Assembly (NCBI GenBank): GCA_034423195.1
Contig: DAOUIZ010000023.1
Location: 92,028 to 156,027 of the forward strand
Direction of reading: 5' to 3'
Source: Dehalococcoidia bacterium
GTDB lineage: Bacteria; Chloroflexota; Dehalococcoidia; Lucifugimonadales; UBA3495
Length of the DNA stretch: 64,000 nucleotides
Shown here in pieces: positions 55,412-63,474 of the stretch. The notes under the pieces are model-generated. The model did not search any database and was not told where the DNA came from. It saw nothing but the letters and a program-made list of their open reading frames with translations. Each line of letters begins with the position of its first letter. The stretch's first letter is position 1. The position numbers and the translations under genes were made by a program.

Positions 55412-55607
55412 CTACCGTCCCTACCATGTTTCTTCGCTGCACTCCGAAGCCGAGTCCAGTTTACACGGCAGGGCCGGGATTGACCCTCCGCACTGTCTGG
55501 CTCCCGCTGGACGAGCTTCCCGGGAAGTTGGAGTACACTGGGCGCACCAGTCAACCAGCAGGGACCGGTCTCCCCATCACTCTGCAGAAACAAAAGGAAT
55601 CGCCGAT

Positions 55608-56624
55608 ATGATTGCCCAAGCCGTTGAGCAAATCAGAAACACCGTATCCCTGAGTGTCTTGGACGAATCCGCGACCAAGCAGGGAGTGGTGCTCCGGCTG
55701 CTCAGCCTTGCCGGATGGGACACTTTCGACATTTCCCAGGTCGTACCCGAATACACGGTTGGGAGCCGACGCGTCGACTACGCCCTCAGGCCAGGCACGC
55801 CCAACGCGGTGTTCATCGAGGTCAAGCGCCCCGGCGAAAATCTGGAAAGGCATCAACAGCAACTGCTGGAGTACTGCTTTCAGGAAGGGGTCAGGCTGGC
55901 GGTGTTGACCAACGGGCGGACCTGGTGGCTCTATCTGCCCCTGCAGGCGGGGAATTGGGAACAGAGACGGTTCCTGACCATTGACCTGGAGGTCCAGGAG
56001 CCCAGCGTCGTGGAACGCCGGTTCCTGGAGTACCTTTCTCCGGAAAGGGTGGGCAGCGGCCGGGCGGTTGGCGATGCCGAAGCCCTGGTGGAATCGCAGC
56101 AGAGGGCCGAGATCATCGACCGAACCATCGCCGCCGCCTGGACCCAGATCGTTGAAACTCCCGATGAACTCCTGGTTGAACTGATCTCGGAAACCACAGA
56201 GCGCATCTGCGGGTTCAAGCCGGAACCGGAGCTGGTGGAGGAATTTCTGTTACAACGGGTCCAGGCCCCAAACCACGGACTTGATGAGAGTCCTCCGCCG
56301 GCGCCATCTCGGGAAACTGACGTTCCTCCTGGGAGGCGAACCCGCAGGGGCAGGCCGGGCCCCACCCTTCCGATCACTCTGGTTCCGCAGAACTCCACAG
56401 ACTTCCTGGAGGCTCTCCTACGGACCAGGGAGGCGTGGATTGAAGTGTCGTACCGCGATGGCAGTAAAGAAGTTCGCCGCTGGGATGCTTCACTCATGAG
56501 TCCGTCATCGAATGTGATCGGCAACCTGAGAAGCAGGCCGGAATTTCGCTCCGGAATCTGGGAGGAAAACGGGATAGCCAGCCTGCGGGTAAGCATTGAA
56601 CGTCCGAGAAGAAAGGACGCATGA
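55608..56624 (+). CDS. HsdR_N-like PD-(D/E)xK nuclease-fold protein with unknown C-terminal domain
   Basis: 338 aa. VVLRLLSLAGWD...RRVDYAL...AVFIEVKRPG...LAVLTNGRTWWLY matches the type I restriction R-subunit N-terminal nuclease pattern. ATG follows AAAGGAA. Divergent from the helicase gene. Confidence 0.65.
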   Translation: MIAQAVEQIRNTVSLSVLDESATKQGVVLRLLSLAGWDTFDISQVVPEYTVGSRRVDYALRPGTPNAVFIEVKRPGENLERHQQQLLEYCFQEGVRLAVLTNGRTWWLYLPLQAGNWEQRRFLTIDLEVQEPSVVERRFLEYLSPERVGSGRAVGDAEALVESQQRAEIIDRTIAAAWTQIVETPDELLVELISETTERICGFKPEPELVEEFLLQRVQAPNHGLDESPPPAPSRETDVPPGRRTRRGRPGPTLPITLVPQNSTDFLEALLRTREAWIEVSYRDGSKEVRRWDASLMSPSSNVIGNLRSRPEFRSGIWEENGIASLRVSIERPRRKDA

Positions 56625-57114
56625 AATCACCATCCCGCGACTCCAACACGGCGAGAGCAGCCGGGCGGAGGGGCTGTTAGGAAGGCGGCGGAGATGCGAT
56701 GGTGCTTAGGTGCGATGGTGCAAAAGAGCATTGGAGTTGCGGACCCAGGCCGCGACCATGGTCATTCGGACAATGGGCTTGTGGTAGCTGGATTGAATGA
56801 TGTAGGTCTATTACGATCATACCCTGGGCGATGAGGCCGGTGCGGTGAGTAGACGGTAAGCCCCGGCGAAGGCCTTTTGTCCCGGCTCTAACTTGCCGGC
56901 GACGGCCAACGCTGGGGTGACTTATTCGCTCCATTTCACGGCAAGCGTAGATGCCTCCTCCGAAGGGATGGTCGGTCGACGTACAGCTTCACCGGAGGCA
57001 CCGTGTCTGGTCGATGACGCGTCAGCGGGACCCCATTCGTTCCAGACCCCGGTCTTGTCCGCGATCGCCTGAAGGCGGGGCTTGAACACTCGGCGAAACT
57101 TCTGCGGGGCAGAG

Positions 57115-57345
57115 ATGGAACAGGAAACCGGGCATCAACCGGCGGACAGGTCATGGCTGGCCCGGCATTGGGTCGCGGTGGGCGCCGGCATTTTGGCCAG
57201 CACCCTCACGGCGGGCACATTCGTCCTGATGGGAGCGGCTGCCCTCAGGGCCGGCACGACGGACGTCGGCATCGGGTACCTGGTGTTCGCGGCGGTGTCG
57301 CCTGTGGTTATCATGGCGGTGGCGCTGCGCTACTGGACGGACTGA
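57115..57345 (+). CDS. possible small two-TM membrane protein (76 aa)
   Basis: Two hydrophobic helices (WVAVGAGILASTLTAGTFVLMGAAAL; IGYLVFAAVSPVVIMAVAL). Only compositional support, in a degraded region. Confidence 0.25.
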   Translation: MEQETGHQPADRSWLARHWVAVGAGILASTLTAGTFVLMGAAALRAGTTDVGIGYLVFAAVSPVVIMAVALRYWTD

Positions 57346-57460
57346 GGAGGTCAGGACGGCGAAGACGCCGCTCAAGAAGAACGGGCGGGTCCGGGATGGG
57401 CTGGAATGGGCCCTGCCGGCCCTCCTCCTGACGACGGGCCCCGGCATCGCCCTGCTCCGT

Positions 57461-57596
57461 GTCAATAGCAACTTGACATTGACCACGTTGTAGCAAGTAG
57501 GAGTTGACCCACCCAGCGTGTTACCTGGGACCTTGGATTCAGGATTGAGCACCAACATTGTCATGATGCCGTTGTAGCAACTTGGAATTGACCCAC
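57461..57596. repeat. three imperfect 26-nt direct repeats (IS21-type multiple terminal repeats)
   Basis: gtcaatagcaacttgacattgaccac (57461..57486), gttgtagcaagtaggagttgacccac (57487..57512) and gttgtagcaacttggaattgacccac (57571..57596). They lie just beyond the 3-prime end of an IstB fragment. Confidence 0.6.
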
Positions 57597-57618
57597 CTCG
57601 TTCCGGTCAGCGATTCTG

Positions 57619-57927
<309 letters not shown>

Positions 57928-57954
57928 CTATTGGCGCCGCTATGGAGGGAAATT

Positions 57955-58410
57955 ATGGGTGATCGTACAGAGATGGATGCGCGTTGGATTTCGAAAGACG
58001 ACCCTCAGGCAGCCCCATTCGTCAAGGCCGAGGCTGCCCGAGTGCGTGATGGACAGGAGGGGGCGAGAGAACGTGGGCGCGAAGTGTTGACTCCGGCGGG
58101 GGCAAGAAGACTTTTCAATGTCACGCTCGGCGATGTTCGTATGGCGAGAGTGCGAAAGAATGTCAATGCTCCGCTTGTCTTGGACGTCACAGGCAAGCCT
58201 TTGCACTTCCTAGACCTTCTGGACGCCCTTGAGTACTGGTCGAATAGGAAACGCTCTGACTTCGATGCCATGCTCCAGTCTATGCGTGGGTCCGGGTTCC
58301 TTGTTGGGTTGGATGATGGGCGGATGTTCAGCGTTCTCCACGATAGGCCACTAGTTCGGATTGAGGACGCCGTGCCTGGGCAGTCTGAGCACCATAGGAA
58401 CATTGAGTGA
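57955..58410 (+). CDS. hypothetical protein (151 aa)
   Basis: ATG 57955 lies 5 nt after GGAGGG. The composition is coding-like and no family was recognised. Followed 15-45 nt later by the next gene. Confidence 0.5.
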   Translation: MGDRTEMDARWISKDDPQAAPFVKAEAARVRDGQEGARERGREVLTPAGARRLFNVTLGDVRMARVRKNVNAPLVLDVTGKPLHFLDLLDALEYWSNRKRSDFDAMLQSMRGSGFLVGLDDGRMFSVLHDRPLVRIEDAVPGQSEHHRNIE

Positions 58411-58425
58411 TTCGCTCGACAATCC

Positions 58426-59604
58426 TTGAAGAGATCGAAGCTAAGGATGGTAAGAATGTCCCAAGACAAGGTAATACTGGCTACTACCGAGGTCATCGAC
58501 GGAATCATGTTGCCCAGGGAAAGCCTAGTTCATGCGGCAGCGGCAATAAATGGGAAAAAGGCTCCTCGGAAAATCGTGGATCACGATCCATGCTCCATTC
58601 CCCTGGGCAAAGTTCGTGCGGCGGAGGTTGTAGACATCGGAAAAACCGCAGCCTTGTTTGGGATCCCCGACGAGACCCACAGGGTTGCCACATCAATACA
58701 TGAACCCAGTGGTATATCGATCGTCGAAATAACCTACCCGCACGATAATCGCCCCTTCGTATTACATCTAGCTGGGGAAACTGATGCCGGTATCGCCGTC
58801 GAAGTGGACCCCGCAAACTTTGATAGTTTCAAAGACATCAAAGCGTTCCAAGATCTGGCCAAGCAAAACGGTGCTAACGAGAAGACTTCCCTAATGGGTC
58901 GCCGGAGTTTGACCCCGGAACCGCTTATACAATTCCTCATATCAGATCCGGTGTTGGCTGGCGTCTTGTTTTGGGCTCTCTGGAGAGGGGAGAGGTTCCT
59001 CACGTACACCGTAGATGCGACGGCCCGTAAGGCTGGGGACGCCATATCAGATACGATCAGTGCAAGGTTGAGGTCCTGGTTGGAGAACTTCAACCGTCAT
59101 CGGTCGCAGGACGATCGAGCGGCCACCTCCGAGATCGTAGTCAATGTGGATCCGCAGATCATTCTGATCACCAAGGGCCAACACACAGAGCAGCAAACGG
59201 ATATCGGTATTCAGTCACTCGCCAAGCAATTGGAGTTATGGGAGCCCCTTCTGCACAAGGCGGACAGCATCACGTTCGTACGAGAGTCCAAAAATGAGGA
59301 GTGGATGTTCCTGCACATGACTACTTCCGATGGCAAGGTAATTGCTGATGAAGACTCTTACCTCAGGACCATAACGCGTCGGGAGGAAATTGCCCGTACC
59401 AAGCCCGTTTGTGTTTGTTTGAAGCACAAAGTCACGGGCGAGGAGCGCCACCACGAGACCACCGCCGTGTTTACCAAAGTGGACGAGGCAGGCAGGTTCG
59501 AAGTGAAGTTCAACTCGTTCCCACAGGACTTGGAACATTGGGAAATTACAGGTTATTCGCTTCTTTCTGATACGAAGACAACCCCCAACGAGCCCAACGC
59601 ATAG
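58426..59604 (+). CDS. hypothetical protein with one central TM-like helix
   Basis: Long ORF in a lower-GC segment. The probable start is ATG 58447 or 58456, after AAGGATGG. It has a hydrophobic stretch, LIQFLISDPVLAGVLFWALW. No family was recognised. Confidence 0.55.
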   Translation: MKRSKLRMVRMSQDKVILATTEVIDGIMLPRESLVHAAAAINGKKAPRKIVDHDPCSIPLGKVRAAEVVDIGKTAALFGIPDETHRVATSIHEPSGISIVEITYPHDNRPFVLHLAGETDAGIAVEVDPANFDSFKDIKAFQDLAKQNGANEKTSLMGRRSLTPEPLIQFLISDPVLAGVLFWALWRGERFLTYTVDATARKAGDAISDTISARLRSWLENFNRHRSQDDRAATSEIVVNVDPQIILITKGQHTEQQTDIGIQSLAKQLELWEPLLHKADSITFVRESKNEEWMFLHMTTSDGKVIADEDSYLRTITRREEIARTKPVCVCLKHKVTGEERHHETTAVFTKVDEAGRFEVKFNSFPQDLEHWEITGYSLLSDTKTTPNEPNA

Positions 59605-59781
59605 CCAGCGGACGTACTTTCCCTGAGGTGGACCCCGTTGTTCGGACAAAGTCGAGGCCGAATTAAGCGAGAGTGCCTCCGCACCTCCCGTGATGCTAGC
59701 GTACCGGAGGGGTGCCCGGGCCGATAGCGCCCCTGGTCAACCGGAAGGGCCCTTGCCATGCTTCCTTCCCCACCCCGGGAG

Positions 59782-59852
59782 CGTCATATAAACGCCCCTT
59801 CACGTGACTGTCACACAACTGTCATATCCCCGTTGCGGCGGCCTGTCACATA
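59782..59852. promoter_or_regulatory. res-like cluster of TGTCAYA resolvase half-site motifs
   Basis: CGTCATATA (59782..59790), GTGAC-T-GTCAC palindrome containing TGTCACACA (59809..59817), TGTCATATC (59820..59828) and TGTCACATA (59844..59852). These lie directly upstream of the resolvase remnant. The TGTCYNNTA half-site consensus is from memory of gamma-delta/Tn3 res. Confidence 0.45.
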
Positions 59853-59868
59853 AAGGTATAGTCCGGGA

Positions 59869-60437
59869 ATGACGACCTACGGCTACATCAGGACCAGCCG
59901 GCAGCGCATCCAAGGGAGCACCGGCAGCGACCCCGAGGCCCAGGCCCACCAGCTCCGCCAGGAGGGCGTCCCCGAGGCCACCATCTACTGCGGTGCAACG
60001 GCGGCTGCAGGAACAGGAAGCTGTGAATCTTGAGGATTCACGGGCTGCTTAGCCCCAATCCACCGAAGGAGGGCGTGTAGCGGGGCCCTGAAGAGACAAG
60101 AAAGAGCTCTTGTGCCTCTGGGATAATGGTTTTCGAGCCAGAAAACCGGTCCCAAAACAGGAGCACCCAATAGTAACCACCCCGACGGCATCCGTGTCTC
60201 TTCTGACGCCCACTGCCCAACGAGGCTCAGCGGCGGAAAACGTATATTGCTTTCGTGACCACCTACGGTACATCCGCACTAGCAGGGCATCCAGGTCGGC
60301 GTTCCCGGACGCTGAACGAGCGACAGACAGAGAAGGCGCGGCGGATGGTGGAGGTGAGTATGTCGCTGCGGTTCGTCGCCGGCGATCTGGAGTTCAGCCG
60401 GGACGCGCTCCGGAGGGCGCTGCGGGAGCCGTATTGA
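59869..60437 (+). pseudogene. decayed serine recombinase (N-terminal fragment, unrelated filler, then duplicated start fused to C-terminal HTH)
   Basis: 59869.. encodes MTTYGYIRTSRQRIQGSTGSDPEAQAHQLRQEGVPEATIY and then homology is lost. 60255..60437 encodes MTTYG-TSALAG..GRRSRTLNERQTEKARRMVEVSMSLRFVAGDLEFSRDALRRAL, which is only the HTH part. Confidence 0.6.
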
Positions 60438-60534
60438 TGGACAGTCTGATTTTAACCTCGGGCCGTCTTTTTGGTGCCCGGGTAGTCCAGGACCTGAAAC
60501 TGCAGACCGCTTCGGTCTGGCAGCCAGAGGGTCT

Positions 60535-60828
60535 GTGATCGCTGGCAGCAACGGGGATCCCCGGGAGAACTGGGCCCAGCTCGAGGCCCTCCACTTCTTC
60601 CTCCTGGAGCACAGCTCGTGGGAGACCGGCGTGGTCCAGGACTTTGCCAACCAAGATGAGATCGCGGACAACCTTGGCTGGCCGGTGCATCAGCTGCGAA
60701 AGAGCCTCGCGGTTCTCCGTGACCTCGGGGAAATTGAGGTCCAGCGTCGGACCCACAACAGGTACCGCCTTCGGCTCCCGTCACTAATCTTTGCCCCGGA
60801 ATACTTGAACGCCAAGAGGGCATCATGA
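60535..60828 (+). CDS. small winged-helix-like DNA-binding protein
   Basis: 97 aa. FANQDEIADNLGWPVHQLRKSLAVLRDLGEIEVQRR resembles a wHTH recognition helix plus wing. GTG start. Has a 4-nt ATGA overlap with the DUF2971 gene. Confidence 0.45.
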   Translation: MIAGSNGDPRENWAQLEALHFFLLEHSSWETGVVQDFANQDEIADNLGWPVHQLRKSLAVLRDLGEIEVQRRTHNRYRLRLPSLIFAPEYLNAKRAS

Positions 60829-61643
60829 GCAGATTAGCGAGCACCGGTGGCTTGGTGGAAGTCCTCTACAAATACGTTACTTCGGAACGGGTCCTGACCT
60901 GTCTTCCGGAAGTCGGAGACGGGACTCTCCGGGCTACCCAGCCCGCAGCCCTGAACGATCCTTTTGAATGCGAGGTGTCACCTGGCTTAGCTCGCGCGGA
61001 CCAACTGGCCGAGGATGTAGAGATAGCGGAGGTCCTTTCGAGTCTCAATGGTGCGACTCCGATCAGTGACGCCAAGGTGCGGGAGGCCCGGTCCAAGTAT
61101 GGGAGTCTGTTCTTGAGGGAACTGCTGGTCGGTCAGTTGTCCCAGCGTTATGGCATCGTTTCGTTTTCTTCGGATCCTCGCCATCTTCTGATGTGGGCTC
61201 ACTACACGAGGGATGGTTCGGGGTTTGTTATCGGCTATCAAGTAGATGCTCTAAGGTCACTTGGAAGGCATGAAGACAGTCTCAGAGAAGTCAGGTACGA
61301 GACTCAAACCCTCCCTATTGTCGTATATCCCGTGCTTTCTGAAGAAAATGCGAGCATCTTGCTCTCCTTCAAGAGCGACCATTGGAGTTACGAGTCGGAG
61401 TGGCGGCTTATCGTAGAGTTGAGCGACACCATCGGTACTGGGTCACGGGACTCCCGTGATCTGCCAATCAACTTGGTTCGGGTGCCGAATGAGGCTGTCG
61501 TGGATGTATTCCATGGAGCTGCAGCTCCGCCCGGCCGACGTCTCCCTAGCCAACATCCACCGCGACGTCGGCGTCTCCAATTACTCCTATCTCTTCGGCG
61601 CTTCTGCGGCATGGAGCGGGATCCACGAACTCAACATCGATAG
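60825..61643 (+). CDS. DUF2971 family protein
   Basis: LYKYVTSERVL...ALNDPFECE, MWAHYTRDGSGFVIGY and KSDHWSYESEWRLI blocks match my memory of DUF2971. The last ~45 aa are Arg/Pro-rich and may reflect a late frameshift. Confidence 0.65.
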   Translation: MSRLASTGGLVEVLYKYVTSERVLTCLPEVGDGTLRATQPAALNDPFECEVSPGLARADQLAEDVEIAEVLSSLNGATPISDAKVREARSKYGSLFLRELLVGQLSQRYGIVSFSSDPRHLLMWAHYTRDGSGFVIGYQVDALRSLGRHEDSLREVRYETQTLPIVVYPVLSEENASILLSFKSDHWSYESEWRLIVELSDTIGTGSRDSRDLPINLVRVPNEAVVDVFHGAAAPPGRRLPSQHPPRRRRLQLLLSLRRFCGMERDPRTQHR

Positions 61644-61653
61644 AGACTCTCCC

Positions 61654-63063
61654 CTACGTGTCCGGATCTTCAATGAACCTTTCAATTCGTTCAGGTCCAA
61701 CCAAGAGCATTGGCTGCCCGTTCAGCGACGTAACAGTGCCACTTATCAGGATCTTGTCGCCGAGATTGATCCCTTTGATCAGGTCACGCTCTTCATCGGT
61801 CACAAGGAAGCATTCGACCTGAGTGAAGAACGTTTCGTCCCACAGGGATAGGTCTACTTTTCCAGTTAGGCCGTATCTGGAATGGATGCTCCTTACGTCG
61901 TAGATCGATCCCTTTAGCGTACGCCGCTCAGAGGTATATCCGAGCCCTTGCTCGGGTTCGTCCAAGTGGCTTGGGTGAGTCAATAAGTGTGGCTGATCCT
62001 CTCTGACTTCTCCGACCAAACTGACCCGTTCCCCCTTAAGGCCGAAGTAATCCTTGACGTTTCGCTTGTAGAACTGGGCAATGACCTCGTGCTCATGCTG
62101 GTCGGAGTCGATAACGAGTTCGACAATGCTGTAGGGATCGAATCCGTCGGGTACGTTCAAAGCACGCACCCGACCCTCCACTAAGGTCGTTAGGAAACGA
62201 GGTGTCGGTCGGCCGTCGGCATTCTCATTGCTTGAGTATGTTGTCGTGGTGCTGCTAACTTTGATCGGCGAGTTCTCCCTGAGCACCCTGTGCGAGGCAG
62301 ACAACAGGAAGGCGGAAGCTCTCAACAGCATCGGTATATCTATTGATAGATCCGGCGATTTGAGATCGGTGATGTATCGCCACTTCATGTAAATTCTGTT
62401 GCTGTCTGAAAGGAATTCTCGAAAGCTACCCTTGACGTTGAAGTGGATACTATTGGCATCATGATGATTCCACCATTCTTCTAGCTGCCTTTTTTCATCG
62501 TCTGTAAGGAGCTTGAAGAGGTCGGTGAGCTCGTGCTTGTGCCATTCGCGGATGTCTCTTGGATCCGACGACGCCAACTTACCCAAGACTTCCAGGTATG
62601 CCTTGAGTGATAGCTCCAGCGTGAATGCGGCCTGCTGAGCGTAGGCCAACGCCTGGCCTTTGCCTGCGTTGGTGTCCCAGAAGTGGCGGTCAATGCCGTG
62701 GTGATCGAACATTTCCTTCAGGTTAATGCCCGAGACCGGTATCAACCTTGACGCTTCGTGGTACATTTCCGCGAGGTGGGAGAATGTTGTTATCCCGGGG
62801 ACTTCGGTAGCGACCGATCTAGGGTCCAGGTGCAGGTCAGCTGCCTTCTCCCTTTCCAGCTTTGAGAAATTCCTCTGGTTTCCCTTCCTATCAATGGCGG
62901 CTATCACGTGGACATACTTTTGAGAGATGGGATGTACTGGTACGTCACCACCATAACGTTGCGTCAGTTGGGCGAAACAGGCAGCTGCGTCATCTAAAGT
63001 GGAATGGGCCCCATGTATTTCAGAACACCGGTGGAATAGGCTGAATACTTCAAAATAGGGCAT
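61654..63063 (-). CDS. HEPN-like domain protein with C-terminal OB-fold-like repeats
   Basis: 469 aa. Central AAFTLELSLKAYLEVLGK...RDIREWHKHELTDLFKLL...RIYMKWRYI fits classical HEPN helices and the R-x4-6-H motif. The C-terminal beta-rich segments (ERVSLVGEVREDQPHLL; DKILISGTVTSLNGQPMLLVG) look OB-like. GAGGAA lies 9 nt before the ATG. Confidence 0.55.
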   Translation of the reverse strand: MPYFEVFSLFHRCSEIHGAHSTLDDAAACFAQLTQRYGGDVPVHPISQKYVHVIAAIDRKGNQRNFSKLEREKAADLHLDPRSVATEVPGITTFSHLAEMYHEASRLIPVSGINLKEMFDHHGIDRHFWDTNAGKGQALAYAQQAAFTLELSLKAYLEVLGKLASSDPRDIREWHKHELTDLFKLLTDDEKRQLEEWWNHHDANSIHFNVKGSFREFLSDSNRIYMKWRYITDLKSPDLSIDIPMLLRASAFLLSASHRVLRENSPIKVSSTTTTYSSNENADGRPTPRFLTTLVEGRVRALNVPDGFDPYSIVELVIDSDQHEHEVIAQFYKRNVKDYFGLKGERVSLVGEVREDQPHLLTHPSHLDEPEQGLGYTSERRTLKGSIYDVRSIHSRYGLTGKVDLSLWDETFFTQVECFLVTDEERDLIKGINLGDKILISGTVTSLNGQPMLLVGPERIERFIEDPDT

Positions 63064-63184
63064 ATTTAGCAGTTCCTCGCTGATGATCGGGGCCGCTAGG
63101 CAGATGGGATGTCCGCTGTTCTGGGAACGGGAGAGGGCAGGGCCAGTTATACGTCGTCCCCTTGTCCGGAGCCAGGGATGTGGC

Positions 63185-63286
63185 GTTTTTGCGGCTGTGT
63201 TTCAGTCGGTACCTTCCGTCGTTCATCTCCAGAATATGGGCGTAGTGGGTGAGGCAGTCCAACTGGGCTTCCGTGAGGCGCTCCAA
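63185..63286 (-). pseudogene. second IstB-like C-terminal fragment
   Basis: LTEAQLDCLTHYAHILEMNDGRYRLKHSRKN resembles the IstB tail (A.LDRL.HHAHI.EM.G.SYRLK). There is nothing else of the IS around it. Confidence 0.45.
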
Positions 63287-63474
63287 GCCGTGGAGGATAG
63301 AGACATGAACCCAGTTCGGCGGTGATGGGCAGGTTGACCAATTCTCTCATCCCTGCCTCCAGTAGTCCGCTTCACCCTTTCACCAGTGTGATGCCTCGCA
63401 CAGTTTCCCGACTGGGGAGGCTTTCCCGGACTTACTGCGCTGCCGTACGCTCTCCGGGTAGCCATGTCGGGCCC

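Noticed and set aside
56630-57114. Several 70-90-aa ORFs on the minus strand (56677..56934, 56936..57154)
   Set aside because: They have no motifs or RBS, and short protein-like stretches appear in several frames. This is probably eroded remnants adjacent to the IS21 relic.
61456-61851. 131-aa plus-strand ORF overlapping the DUF2971 3-prime end and the HEPN-OB 3-prime end
   Set aside because: It overlaps two better-supported genes. It could only matter if DUF2971 carries a late frameshift, which is noted in the findings.
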